From assembly GCA_965203095.1 (NCBI GenBank), contig OZ241877.1:1152001-1216000 (forward strand): a stretch of 64,000 nt of DNA, written 5' to 3'. Positions 1 to 9,931 of this stretch are shown piece after piece. Position 1 is the first letter of the stretch; the number at the start of each line of letters is the position of its first letter. Position numbers and translations under genes: made by a program. The notes beneath the pieces are model-generated. The model made no database searches and was not told where the DNA came from. It saw only the letters and a list, made by a program, of their open reading frames with translations. This DNA is from Bdellovibrionales bacterium. GTDB lineage: Bacteria > Bdellovibrionota > Bdellovibrionia > Bdellovibrionales > UBA1609.

Positions 1-1
1 T

Positions 2-757
2 TTGAAAGAGCCAATGGATCAAGAAACTCCTGCTTTTATCAATGAAGAAAAGCTTGTTAACTCACAAACTAAAATTCATTTTAAATCTTCAAAGGATTTT
101 GTGTCTTTTGTGATGGATAGGGAAGTTTTAGATAAAAAAAAGACAAAACTTATTATTAACAACACTAAAACACAAGAGCAGAATTTAAAAAGCACAACTG
201 ATAATTCTTCTTCTAAGGAAGGGCTGTTAGCTCCATTTTCTCTTGTTAAAACAAGAAATATTTTATTTAAAACTTGCCTGGGGAATCATCTTCATCTTTT
301 TTTGCAAAAACTCTCTTATCAAGGTTTTGACAAAACAGAAGCTCTTATTGAGAGAGCTTTTTTGAAAGAAGAGGATAAAAAACAACTTAAATCAGCTCTT
401 TTTTATACATTTCATCTCAAAAATCCTTTGATGAAAAAGTTTTTAAAAACAGGTTTCCCGGAATGGCCTTTTAAAATCCAAAAAAATAATATTGTTCTTC
501 AAGGAGTGATAGATTTATGGGCATGGGATTCTCAAGAGATCTGCCTTTTTGATTACAAAAGTTCGCCCACTGACAAGACTAAATGGCAGTTGATTTTTTA
601 TAGCTATGTTTTAAATGAATTGTATCATCCAAAGAAAATACGAATGGTTGAGCTTTATCCTTTCCAAAAAAAGGTTTGTTCTTCAATTTACGATGAATCT
701 CAAAAAGAAAAAATGGAGATATGGCTTAAATCATTCAGCCATTCTGATCCGGTTTAA
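2..757 (+). CDS. C-terminal part of a PD-(D/E)XK nuclease-containing protein, AddA/RecB-like; 5' end lies outside the window
   Basis: Motifs LQGVIDL...LFDYKS...QLIFY typical of RecB-family nuclease domains; ORF is open at the window edge. Confidence 0.7.
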   Translation: MKEPMDQETPAFINEEKLVNSQTKIHFKSSKDFVSFVMDREVLDKKKTKLIINNTKTQEQNLKSTTDNSSSKEGLLAPFSLVKTRNILFKTCLGNHLHLFLQKLSYQGFDKTEALIERAFLKEEDKKQLKSALFYTFHLKNPLMKKFLKTGFPEWPFKIQKNNIVLQGVIDLWAWDSQEICLFDYKSSPTDKTKWQLIFYSYVLNELYHPKKIRMVELYPFQKKVCSSIYDESQKEKMEIWLKSFSHSDPV

Positions 758-792
758 AAATCTTGAAAACCCTCTTTTCACAGGCGATTATT

Positions 793-930
793 TAGTCGTC
801 CGTAAAAAAGTATCCTCTTAGTTTTCTTATCCAAAGGCTGTCCGGTGATGGTCCAAGGGATTTTTCCGGGAACAAGCTTTTCTGGATTCCCGTTTGCACG
901 GGAATGACTGGAGTTTTTCACAGAGGACTA
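793..930. mobile_element. MITE-like repeat family A, copy 1; carries a GGATTCCC-N-GGGAATGAC palindrome at 884-908
   Basis: Terminal inverted repeats TAGTCGTCCGTAAAAAA...TTTTTCACAGAGGACTA shared with copies at 7055 and 24384; an orphan right end (TTTTCACAGGCGATTA) abuts it at 775-790. Confidence 0.7.
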
Positions 931-1247
931 TTGAGATTTTCTGGCTTTTTGACCTTTAAAATGATCTTTTGAATTTTTTTATCAGGGAAATGCTTGTTAA
1001 TTTTGTTTCTTAAAGCCTCTTTTACAAAATGCATCTCCTGTAAGTGTGTGGAATCTGGTAAAGTCAAAATCAACTTGTAGGCTTTAAACTGAGCGGGAAC
1101 AGCCCGTCTGGCTATCTCCCCTCCAGCCAGTTTTTGCCATTTCCGGCTCAGTTGAAATAAAAAATAAATTTCTGAAAAATGAGATTTTTCTTTTTTAAAA
1201 AGGGCCTCTATCACAGAAGATATCGGCACAGGAGCTGTTTTCATCAT
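918..1247 (-). CDS. DUF721/DciA-like protein
   Basis: About 110 aa with W..LAG..IA...P......L.L and late helix pattern typical of DUF721; ATG at 1247 preferred to TTG at 1280. Confidence 0.65.
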   Translation of the reverse strand: MMKTAPVPISSVIEALFKKEKSHFSEIYFLFQLSRKWQKLAGGEIARRAVPAQFKAYKLILTLPDSTHLQEMHFVKEALRNKINKHFPDKKIQKIILKVKKPENLNSPL

Positions 1248-1444
1248 CTTGAAATTACAAAAATCCAGCCAAAAAGGCAATAAAAAAGCTTAATTTGTGG
1301 GATTTTTTAAAAAAATCATAAAAAAATCACAAAAAAGTTGGATTTTCTGGTATATTAAAGACAGCCTGTTTTGTTTATTCATAGCTGAAGGAAAAGCTAA
1401 GCTTGGCAAAATCCTGGCAACAACTTAATACAAGGAGGTCTCTT

Positions 1445-1798
1445 GTGGAAAATATCAATTTAAAAATTCATAACTACCGACACAGTGAACAGCAAAATAA
1501 ACAAATAAAAAATAAAATGGAAATTTTATTAAAGCAAATCCCTTGTGACTCCCGTGTCCTCTTGAATTTTGACTATAAAAACAAGGTTTTTCATGGTTAT
1601 TTAAAGGTGGATTGCGATGGTCGCACTTTTTTTTCCGCAGACCAAAATGCTCTATTAGCTCCTTTAGCGGGTGCCCTTTGCAAAAAAGTTCAAAAACAAG
1701 TAATGAAATGGAAGAAAACCAGAACTATAGAAGAAATTACAGGAGTTATCGCCCTTAAGCCTCCTCATCGGGAAAAATCTCATAAAAAAGCCAGCTGA
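1445..1798 (+). CDS. Hypothetical protein, possibly divergent HPF/RaiA-like fold
   Basis: AGGAGG at 1433-1438 precedes in-frame GTG at 1445; beta-alpha-beta-beta-beta-alpha pattern ending KKVQKQVMKWK. Confidence 0.45.
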   Translation: MENINLKIHNYRHSEQQNKQIKNKMEILLKQIPCDSRVLLNFDYKNKVFHGYLKVDCDGRTFFSADQNALLAPLAGALCKKVQKQVMKWKKTRTIEEITGVIALKPPHREKSHKKAS

Positions 1799-1912
1799 TT
1801 CCTTTTGAATCCTATAAGAAAGTTTTATAAGTCTTGTTGAATCAACAAAATAGAGATTTGTCTCACTTTTTTTGTTGATTTTTCGGGCTTTTTCCATAAA
1901 CGGGAATCCTTT

Positions 1913-2584
1913 TTGCTATGTCAACAATTGATGATTGTAAAATATGTCAGAGCTTGTGCTATTTGCAAAGCCTATTTCCCGCCCACTCAATGGCTTTGTT
2001 CCCTTTGTTGGAAAGCTGTAGAGAGGGAATATCTTTGTTCGGAAAACATTTATCGAGCAGAAAAAAATCTCCCTCATTTAAGGCTTTTAGACTGGCATGA
2101 AGATAATCATAAATTGATTCAGTTGTTGGTTGCCAGTCTCAAACAAGGAGGGCCGGATTTTATTTTCAAAAGGCTCAGTTTAGAACTGCTTTCTCGATTT
2201 TTATATTTAAATTTTTGGAACAAAAAATCAGTTCCGCTATTTATCCCTGCTCCGCCCAAACAAAAAAATCCAACTGATCACGCTTTTCAATTGGCCAAAG
2301 CCTTAAGCTTTTATTTTGGTGGAGAGTTAAAAAGCCTTTTAAAAAGAGGATCTTTTTCCAGTGCACAAAAAAAGAAATCTAAGAGAGAAAGGGCGGGTAT
2401 TTTGATTCAAAAAGAAGGAGAGATTCCAGACAACACACAGCCTGTTGTTTTTGTGGATGATGTTCTTACCACAGGATCCACTGCACGAGCGGGTTTCCAA
2501 GCTCTGAATCGCCCTAAAAATTTTTTTATATTTACTCTTGTATGGAAAAGACCTCCTCAAACAGAAGATTCAGATGAGTTTTAA
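1913..2584 (+). CDS. comF: ComF family competence protein (zinc ribbon + PRTase domain)
   Basis: CAIC...LCSLC at N-terminus and VFVDDVLTTGST PRPP-binding motif. Confidence 0.85.
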   Translation: MLCQQLMIVKYVRACAICKAYFPPTQWLCSLCWKAVEREYLCSENIYRAEKNLPHLRLLDWHEDNHKLIQLLVASLKQGGPDFIFKRLSLELLSRFLYLNFWNKKSVPLFIPAPPKQKNPTDHAFQLAKALSFYFGGELKSLLKRGSFSSAQKKKSKRERAGILIQKEGEIPDNTQPVVFVDDVLTTGSTARAGFQALNRPKNFFIFTLVWKRPPQTEDSDEF

Positions 2585-2805
2585 CGAGGTTTAGATTCTT
2601 TTTTTTCTGAAGGAGAAATTTGTTTAATAGCCTTTGCACTCTCTTGGCTGACTTTTTTTAAAGTCCGGGTGACGATAAATTTTCTGCCAAAATCATTCAA
2701 ATAACTTTCCAAAGTTTTGCCATTAAATTGAATTTGAAGCAAAAACACAAAAAAGAAACTAAAGACAATTCTCAAAACAAAACTTATTAAGCGAAAAAGA
2801 ATCAT
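2581..2805 (-). CDS. Small hypothetical membrane protein
   Basis: AGGAGG RBS upstream, N-terminal hydrophobic helix, fills the intergenic space. Confidence 0.6.
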   Translation of the reverse strand: MILFRLISFVLRIVFSFFFVFLLQIQFNGKTLESYLNDFGRKFIVTRTLKKVSQESAKAIKQISPSEKKESKPR

Positions 2806-2869
2806 TACATCCTCCTTTCTTTATTGCTCTATTTACAAATTTGCAAAAAAATCGATAAATTTTTAGACT

Positions 2870-3238
2870 TTAAGCCACAGTGTTTTTAATGGACTGAGCC
2901 AAAGCCTCCTCTTTAAACGGTTTAAAAATATAGTCAAAACAGCCGGCTTTTAAAGCTCTGTGAACAATATGCTCCTCTCTCAGGCTGGAACAGACGATAA
3001 TTGCCAAATCAGGATAAAGTTTTTTTATGGTTTGAATCAACTCTAAGGTGTCCTCCTCAGGGATGACTAAATCTAAAATGATGGCCTGTGGCCTTTCTCC
3101 TTCTATTTGTTTTAAAAGATCTTTGGAGCTTTTTGAGAAAGCTATCACTTCAAAAGAGTATTTTTTGGAAAATTCCAAAAAAGCCTGTTTAAAAATCTCA
3201 TTATCTTCTAAAATCGCCAGTTTGATTTTCCCCGGCAT
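2870..3238 (-). CDS. Single-domain response regulator (CheY-like receiver)
   Basis: ILED, IILDL phospho-acceptor, CSS and YIFKPF motifs. Confidence 0.9.
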   Translation of the reverse strand: MPGKIKLAILEDNEIFKQAFLEFSKKYSFEVIAFSKSSKDLLKQIEGERPQAIILDLVIPEEDTLELIQTIKKLYPDLAIIVCSSLREEHIVHRALKAGCFDYIFKPFKEEALAQSIKNTVA

Positions 3239-3311
3239 TTTTAACCTCTATTATTTTAAATTCTTGAACCTGCTTTTGAAAAACAGATTCCCAGCTGTGC
3301 ATGAGAGCCAG

Positions 3312-4310
3312 CTAAAAGCTTTCATCAAAAGTGACTTCGCCCGGAATGCCTTTTTGATAAGCCGCTACCCTTCGTTCAAAAAAATTAGTCAACTCCTGGG
3401 TGTCTTGCAATTCCATAAAATCAAAAGGATTTTTTGATTTAAAAGGCCCTGGAATATTTAACCTCTCCAGCCGAATATCTGTTATGTATTGCAAATAAGA
3501 TTTCATATCTTTTAAACTTAAGCCCCCGACCCCACTTTCTAAAATTTCTCTGGCAAAGCTCAACTCACAGTCAATGGCAGAGTGAAACATAGCCTTAATA
3601 TGATCTTGAAAATCAGAGGAGAATAAAGAAGGTTCTTCCTTCTTTATGACATCAATTACAGCATAAGCAAAATCAATATGACAACTTTCATCTCTGAAAA
3701 CCCAGTTAGTGCCAGAAGCTAAACCGTTCAAAAGCCCTTTGGAACGAAGAAAATACACATAAGCAAAGGCCGCAAAAAAGAACAAACCCTCAATAGCTCC
3801 CGCAAAACAGATCAAGTTCCTGAGAAAGGATTTTTTGTCCTCCGGGCTATTTAACTTCTCTAATTTGAAAATGGAATCCATCCACTTGAAACTAAAATCC
3901 GCCTTTTTCTTTATAGAGGGAATGTCATGGATGGCCGAAAAGGCTTTGCTCCTTTCTTGAGTGTCGGGAATATAGGTATCTAAAAGGGTCAAATAAAATT
4001 GAACATGAAGCATCTCTTCATAAAGTTGCCGGCCCAAATACATTCGTGCCTCTGGGGAATTGATATGGCGGTAAAGATTCAAAACCAAATTATTCCCCAC
4101 AATAGTGTCTCCAGTAGCAAAAAAAGCCACGAGTCTTTTAATAAGGAAAACCTCGTTTGAGCTGAGACGGGATTGCAGATCCGCCACATCAGAGGAAAAA
4201 TCCACTTCATCTACAGTCCAAGTGTTTTTTATAGCATTTTTATACATTTCATAAAATAAAGGGTATTTCATTGGCCTTAAAGTCAATTCTAATCCTGGAT
4301 CTAAAATCAT
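3312..4310 (-). CDS. nrdB: Ribonucleotide reductase class Ia beta subunit
   Basis: Metal ligands FFATGD, EEMLH followed by radical Tyr at H+4, IEGLFF, RDESCH; C-terminal NFFERR. Confidence 0.97.
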   Translation of the reverse strand: MILDPGLELTLRPMKYPLFYEMYKNAIKNTWTVDEVDFSSDVADLQSRLSSNEVFLIKRLVAFFATGDTIVGNNLVLNLYRHINSPEARMYLGRQLYEEMLHVQFYLTLLDTYIPDTQERSKAFSAIHDIPSIKKKADFSFKWMDSIFKLEKLNSPEDKKSFLRNLICFAGAIEGLFFFAAFAYVYFLRSKGLLNGLASGTNWVFRDESCHIDFAYAVIDVIKKEEPSLFSSDFQDHIKAMFHSAIDCELSFAREILESGVGGLSLKDMKSYLQYITDIRLERLNIPGPFKSKNPFDFMELQDTQELTNFFERRVAAYQKGIPGEVTFDESF

Positions 4311-4381
4311 TTTTTACCTCTTGTTTTTAGGGGATGATAGAAGGAAAGGACAAAACTTTGTTCAAACATAAATACTTAATC

Positions 4382-6760
4382 CTATTGGCAAGACTCACAA
4401 ACTTCAGGATTTTCCAAAGTTTTATTTGGCACTGTGACTTTAGCAATGTTTGTTGCTGGTCGGGATCGTAAATAGTAGCTGGTTTTTAAGCCCCTTTTCC
4501 AAGCATACATATACATACTGGAAAGCTTGTTAATAGTGGGGCTTTCCACAAACAAGTTAAGTGACTGGCTTTGGTCAATATAAGGCCCCCTCACAATGGC
4601 CCAATCAATAAGGCTTTTTTGGGAAATCTCCCAAGAGGTCTTAAAAAGCTCTTTAATCCTCTGTGGGATTTCAGGAATGTTTTGAATAGAACCTTCGTGT
4701 GCTTTTAACTGCTCTTTGATTTTTGTAGTCCAAAGCCCCTCTTTTTTTAAAGCCTGTGCAAGGTATTTATTGATTTGAATAAATTCTCCGGAAAGAGTTT
4801 CCCTTTTAAAAAGATTAGACACCTGTGGCTCGATAGATTCATAAACTCCTACTATAGAGGCAATGGTGGCAGTGGGAGCTATAGCAATCATGAGAGAATT
4901 TCTCAAACCGTGTTTTTTAATGCGAGCTTTAAGGTTGTCCCATCGTTTAGAATCTTGTGGCTTTACCCCCCAAAGATCAAACTGCAAAAGCCCTTTTGAA
5001 GCTCTTGTCTCGAAAAACTTCTCATGAGGCTTATACTTTTTGGCTAAATCACAAGAGGCAGAAAGGGCCTGATAATAGATTTCCTCTTGAATTTTAGCCG
5101 TCATTTCTTTAGCTTTTTCGCTTTCAAAGGGTATTTCCATCTGAAAAAAGAGATCTTGAAGCCCCATCAAACCCAAACCTACAGGTCTCCATGCCTTATT
5201 GGATTTTTTAGCTGTCAGTATAGGGTAAAAATTGACATCCACCACCTTATCTAAAAACTTTATAGCCACTTTGACATTTCTGGCCAGTTTGTCCCAATCC
5301 AAATCTTTACTGCGATCATCATAATAGTTCCCTATATTGATAGAGCCTAAGTTGCAAACGGCTGTCTCTTTGTCTGAACTGACCTCTAAAATCTCTGTGC
5401 AGAGGTTGGATAAATGGATTGTATTTTCCGGATTGAGAGTTTGATTGCTTTTTTTATTACTGTGATCTTTAAAATTCATCCAACCGTTTCCGGTCTCTGC
5501 TAAAGTTTTCATCATACGGGCGTATAATTTTCGAGCAGATAGTTTCCGGACAGCTAAGCCCTTTCTTTCCGCCTCTTTATATTTTTTGGAAAATTCTTCC
5601 CCAAAGCAATCTATAAGTTCTGGAACTTCTTTGGGATCAAAAAGAGACCATGGCTCATCCGCCTCCACTCTTTCCATGAAAAGATCGGGCACCCAGTTGG
5701 CCATATTGAGGTTATGGGCCCTTTGTTGCTCGTCTCCTGTGTTGTCTCGCAACTCTAAAAAAGATTCAATATCCTGATGCCATGTTTCAAGATAGATGCA
5801 AGCGGCACCTTTTCTCCTACCCCCTTGATTGACTGCGGCCACAGAGGAATCTAAGGTTTTTAAAAAAGGAATAATGCCATTGGACTTCCCATTAGTCCCT
5901 TTAATAAGAGAACCTCTCCCGCGGATCCGGGAAAAAGATAGGCCAATCCCTCCGGCAAATTTAGAGAGTAAGGCCACATCTTTATATTTGTCATAAATGG
6001 CGGAGAGATCGTCTTTTGGAGAATCTAAAAGATAGCAGGAAGACAGTTGCGATCGATAGGAGGCCGAGTTAAATAAGGTGGGTGAGCTGGGCATATAATC
6101 CAGGCAGGACATCAGGTCGTAAAATGTTTTAGCGGATCGAAAATTCTCTGATAGGCCACAAGCCACTCTCAGGAAAAAAAACTGAGGGCTTTCTATCACT
6201 TGGCGACTTTCCGGATCTTTTAAAAGATAACGATCATAAACAGTCCTCAAGCCAAAATATTCAAATTTTTGAGTTCGGGAATCATCAATAATAATATTTA
6301 AAGCCTCTTTATGTTCTCTAACAAAATCATATTTGTCCTTATGTATCAATCCCGCTTTATAGGATTTTTTAATGCTGTCGAAAAAGTTAATAATTCCCTG
6401 GTTGGTGACCTCTTCGTTGATATAACGAGCCAAAAGTCGAGCAGAAAGTTTAGAATAATCAGGGTCTTCAGCTATTAGGAGAGAAGCTGTCCTGATGCAA
6501 AGGCGGTCCAGTTCCTTAGTGCTGGCCCCATCATAAAGCCCACTAATCACTTTTGTCGCTACCCGCATAGGATCCACCTCATTTAAACCCGAAGAGCAGG
6601 CCAAAACTACATTGATGATTTTATTGACATTTACCGGCTCATAACTGTTATCCCGTTTTTTAACCCTCATAATTTTAGGGCCGGCAAAGCTGTTGTCCTC
6701 AACACTGGCTAAACGGAGTTTGGCATTATTTTGATCTGTATTTGACTGTGTCTCAATCAT
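4382..6760 (-). CDS. nrdA: Ribonucleotide reductase class Ia alpha subunit with ATP cone
   Basis: VKKRD ATP-cone start, PSSPTLFN, LSSCYL, SNLCTEI, APTAT, SYYLR and C-terminal CESC; start at ATG 6760 preferred to TTG 6892. Confidence 0.97.
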   Translation of the reverse strand: MIETQSNTDQNNAKLRLASVEDNSFAGPKIMRVKKRDNSYEPVNVNKIINVVLACSSGLNEVDPMRVATKVISGLYDGASTKELDRLCIRTASLLIAEDPDYSKLSARLLARYINEEVTNQGIINFFDSIKKSYKAGLIHKDKYDFVREHKEALNIIIDDSRTQKFEYFGLRTVYDRYLLKDPESRQVIESPQFFFLRVACGLSENFRSAKTFYDLMSCLDYMPSSPTLFNSASYRSQLSSCYLLDSPKDDLSAIYDKYKDVALLSKFAGGIGLSFSRIRGRGSLIKGTNGKSNGIIPFLKTLDSSVAAVNQGGRRKGAACIYLETWHQDIESFLELRDNTGDEQQRAHNLNMANWVPDLFMERVEADEPWSLFDPKEVPELIDCFGEEFSKKYKEAERKGLAVRKLSARKLYARMMKTLAETGNGWMNFKDHSNKKSNQTLNPENTIHLSNLCTEILEVSSDKETAVCNLGSINIGNYYDDRSKDLDWDKLARNVKVAIKFLDKVVDVNFYPILTAKKSNKAWRPVGLGLMGLQDLFFQMEIPFESEKAKEMTAKIQEEIYYQALSASCDLAKKYKPHEKFFETRASKGLLQFDLWGVKPQDSKRWDNLKARIKKHGLRNSLMIAIAPTATIASIVGVYESIEPQVSNLFKRETLSGEFIQINKYLAQALKKEGLWTTKIKEQLKAHEGSIQNIPEIPQRIKELFKTSWEISQKSLIDWAIVRGPYIDQSQSLNLFVESPTINKLSSMYMYAWKRGLKTSYYLRSRPATNIAKVTVPNKTLENPEVCESCQ

Positions 6761-7050
6761 ATCATGGTTTTCTCTATGACATCCCTCAGCCCCTTTGCGA
6801 GATAAGAGAAGTGGAGAGGCTATCTCCATTGATCTCAAGCTTAAGGTGGAGAGCTTTTTTTGTCCAGAATTTAAAGATAAAAATGAGATCAACTCTTAAT
6901 TTTTGGCAGAAGATTAGACCATAGCCTTAATTTTAAAGGGCAGGTTGTCGTCACTATGCATAAATTCCGAAAAAAATTAAAAATAAAAAAATCTTTGATG
7001 CAAAGCCAAAGCGACTTGACTTTTGACAAAAAGACATTTTCGTAATTCTT

Positions 7051-7216
7051 TAATTAGTCGTCCGTGAAAAACCTTTGTTTTTTAACTTTTTTTGTCCAAA
7101 GGACCATTCCATTTCGGGACGGCAATACCTTGGACCCTCATGGAATGGCCTTTGGACAAAATCAGGAAAAAGAAGATGAGGTTTTTTGTCCAGCTTTTTT
7201 CACAGACGACTAATTA
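7051..7216. mobile_element. MITE-like repeat family A, copy 2 (best preserved)
   Basis: TAATTAGTCGTCCGTGAAAAA...TTTTTCACAGACGACTAATTA (21-bp inverted repeat, 1 mismatch) plus internal hairpin TTTGTCCAAAGGACCATTCCAT/ATGGAATGGCCTTTGGACAAA. Confidence 0.85.
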
Positions 7217-7221
7217 GTCTC

Positions 7222-8685
7222 TTATTTAAGGCATTCTAAAGCGATCTCCTTGTCGCAAAAGCGGATTTTTTTATCACCTATGATCTGGAAGTCCTCATGC
7301 CCTTTCCCAGCGATGAGGACGCAGTCCCCCGAAGTAGCGGATTGGATAGCTTTTTGAATGGCTTGTTTGCGATCGGGTTCTTGTGTGATTTGTTTTCTCT
7401 CTTTAGTGGATAAATTTTTTATGCTATCAATGATGATTTGTTCTGGATCTTCATGCCGGGGATTGTCTGAAGTGAGAAAAACCTTATCCGCCAGCTTTAA
7501 AGCTATTTTTGCCATTTCAGGTCTTTTGCTTTTGTCTCTATCCCCTCCACAGCCATAAACTAAAATGATTTTTTTTGCTCCGGGGCGAAGAGCTTTTAAA
7601 GCATAAGCCAAAGCTGAGGGGCTGTGGGCATAGTCGATCACCACTTCAAAAGGCTTAGAGGCTTGAACTCTCTCCATTCGTCCAGGAACACCGGGAAAGT
7701 TTTTTAAGGCTTGAGCACAGGCTTTGGCTTTAAATCCAGTGAGCAAAGCACATGAAATGCCGGCTACAGCATTATAGACATTATAAAGACCTGTTAAAGG
7801 GAGAAAAAAATCATGAAGGCCAAAGGGGCTTTTTAATTTAAAAGTGCTATTCCACTGAGTGATTTTCTTGATTTGAAAACTAAAATCAGAGGACGGGTTT
7901 TGGCCATAAGTCCATAAGGGTTTTTTTATCAAAGGCTTTAACTTGTGCCCATAGAGGTCGTCTTGATTGATCAGGCAAAATAGGTTTTTCCCTCTGCATC
8001 CTGAGTCGGGCAAGAAGAGTTTTTTTTTGGTTTGAAAGTAATTGTCCATATTTTTATGATAATCCAAGTGGTCTTGGCTCAAATTGGTAAAAACAAGGGC
8101 ATTAAAATCCAGCCCATCCACACGACCTTGATCTAAAGCATGGCTTGAGACTTCCATAGCTAAGGCTCTGGCTTCTAAACGGACAAAGTCATTTAATCGC
8201 CCGAAAAGCTCCACTGGGTCAGGGGTGGTTAAAGAGGATGGCCATTTGTGTTCTTTAAAAGCTTGCTCCACTGTGCCTATGATGGCTGTGGGCCAGCCAC
8301 AAGAACTTAAAATCCACTCCATCAAATAGCAAAAAGTGGTTTTTCCGTTGGAACCAGTCACTCCTAAGGTAAAAAGTTTTTCTGAAGGAAAATCATAAAA
8401 TCGGTTTAAAATTTTTGGCAAAATTTCCTTCTGATCTTTATATTTTAAGATCATCCCTTTAAAATCAGGAGGCCAACCATTGGTTTTTCCCACTAAGAGG
8501 GCTTTAGCCCCTTTTTGAATGGCTTGTTTTAAGTAATAGTGGCCATCGGTTTTTTGCCCCTTCAAGGCGACAAAAAGTGACGAGCTTTTGACTTTATCTG
8601 AGTGAATGCTTATTGAGGACAAGGGGGGTATGTTCGCCTTTTGCAGAGGCTCAAAGTGCTTGAGAAGGAAATCCTTAAAACTCAT
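7222..8685 (-). CDS. murE: UDP-MurNAc-L-Ala-D-Glu--meso-DAP ligase
   Basis: GVTGSNGKTT, LTTPD, MEVSSH, DHLDYH, DYAH, DNPR (DAP specificity), AGKGHE. Confidence 0.96.
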   Translation of the reverse strand: MSFKDFLLKHFEPLQKANIPPLSSISIHSDKVKSSSLFVALKGQKTDGHYYLKQAIQKGAKALLVGKTNGWPPDFKGMILKYKDQKEILPKILNRFYDFPSEKLFTLGVTGSNGKTTFCYLMEWILSSCGWPTAIIGTVEQAFKEHKWPSSLTTPDPVELFGRLNDFVRLEARALAMEVSSHALDQGRVDGLDFNALVFTNLSQDHLDYHKNMDNYFQTKKKLFLPDSGCRGKNLFCLINQDDLYGHKLKPLIKKPLWTYGQNPSSDFSFQIKKITQWNSTFKLKSPFGLHDFFLPLTGLYNVYNAVAGISCALLTGFKAKACAQALKNFPGVPGRMERVQASKPFEVVIDYAHSPSALAYALKALRPGAKKIILVYGCGGDRDKSKRPEMAKIALKLADKVFLTSDNPRHEDPEQIIIDSIKNLSTKERKQITQEPDRKQAIQKAIQSATSGDCVLIAGKGHEDFQIIGDKKIRFCDKEIALECLK

Positions 8686-8693
8686 ATTTAGGC

Positions 8694-8776
8694 AGGTTCA
8701 TGACACTTTTAGAGGTTGTTTTTCAAACATTTTTAATAATAACAGATACAAATTATCTTGTCTATGATTAAATCTA
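8694..8776. repeat. Repeat family C, copy directly upstream of murE
   Basis: AGGTTCATGACACTTTT left end and TTTTAATAATAACAGATACA core match 37007-37096. Confidence 0.45.
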
Positions 8777-8785
8777 AATTCACAT

Positions 8786-9841
8786 TCAGTGACGGCCATA
8801 ATCCTTGCTAAAAAGCTCCTTAAAAAGTCTCTTTTCTGCACGAATTTCGCTTATTATATCTGCTTGAAAAAAATGATTCAAATCCTCAATATATAAATTG
8901 CTGGTTGAGGGGTCGAATTTTGAGCTTAAACTCTCTCGTCCATAAATTGCTGGGCCTTGATGGCCTTCTCTCATCATAGATATAAAGTTAGAACCAGGGA
9001 AAAACATTTTTAAATGCTCCTCCACCTCTTTATAAATATTTTTTTTACCTTGTTCAGGCCATCTCATCCAAACCTCCAGCAGGCCATCTCTATGAAAAAC
9101 ACTGAGGAGATTGTCATGGGTCCAAGGTAAAAAAATATCTTTTAAAAATACAAAGTGAGATGGAATGATTTTTTTATAATCTCCAAAATCTGTTTTAAAG
9201 AAACAGGATTCCCATCGCCAATATGGCTCAATAGTTTGTTGTTGTTTTAAATCAACCGGCAATGACTGGTTCAACCAAACCGATTTCTCACTTTTCAAAA
9301 GTTTTTTTTGTGCCAGCCAACTCCACTGGGCCTGCTCATCACAAGAAATATCTTTTAAATAAGCTTTGTAAAAAGAGATTGAGGAATGATCATTTTGAAA
9401 CTGTTTTATTTTTTTAATTGAAGGTTCAAACAAAAAATAATCAGAAAAAAGATTCAAGCCTTGATTGGAAAATTCAGAATTGTTGTATTCAAAAACTTTG
9501 CCGGCCAAATTAAAAGAGAGGTCATTCAGCCAATGGCTTTCAAAATTATTGGAAGAATCTCTGTTTAAAACGGGTAGCTGTTCCCTCATAGAGAGCATAT
9601 CTTGAAGAGGCCATACCCCTTGAGGGCTGAGGAGGCAAAAACCTCCCTCTTGTTGAAACAAAAAGCCCAAACTTTGTAAAAACTCTTTTTCCTCTCTAAG
9701 GTTTTCATCTATAAAAAAGCCAAAGGGGCTTTTTACCTGCGGCAAAAGTTCCACATAAGCTGTTTTTTGCCCACTTTCTGCCAGTTTTTTTGCCAAAAAA
9801 AGTCCTCTCGGCCAATAAGCAAAAATCGCCCAATCAAACAT
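8786..9841 (-). CDS. Hypothetical protein with degenerate Rossmann-like N-terminus
   Basis: 351-aa ORF; FDWAIFAYWPRGLFLAKKLAESGQKTAYVE resembles a beta-alpha-beta dinucleotide fold lacking GxGxxG. Confidence 0.6.
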   Translation of the reverse strand: MFDWAIFAYWPRGLFLAKKLAESGQKTAYVELLPQVKSPFGFFIDENLREEKEFLQSLGFLFQQEGGFCLLSPQGVWPLQDMLSMREQLPVLNRDSSNNFESHWLNDLSFNLAGKVFEYNNSEFSNQGLNLFSDYFLFEPSIKKIKQFQNDHSSISFYKAYLKDISCDEQAQWSWLAQKKLLKSEKSVWLNQSLPVDLKQQQTIEPYWRWESCFFKTDFGDYKKIIPSHFVFLKDIFLPWTHDNLLSVFHRDGLLEVWMRWPEQGKKNIYKEVEEHLKMFFPGSNFISMMREGHQGPAIYGRESLSSKFDPSTSNLYIEDLNHFFQADIISEIRAEKRLFKELFSKDYGRH

Positions 9842-9931
9842 TATAAAAACCTCATTTTTCAGTTTTTTCTTGAGATTTATGAGATAATAGCATAAGCCAT
9901 TCCCACTTAAAATGGGAGTCCAAAAACCGCC

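Noticed and set aside
4382..6760. Intein or intron in nrdA; class Ic-type nrdB
   Set aside because: Normal length with contiguous motifs; NrdB keeps the Asp ligand and radical Tyr
6761..7050. Cobalamin riboswitch or NrdR boxes upstream of nrdA
   Set aside because: Only an ACCTGCC-like fragment and a short TTGATCTC/GAGATCAA hairpin; no B12-box core or NrdR consensus recognisable
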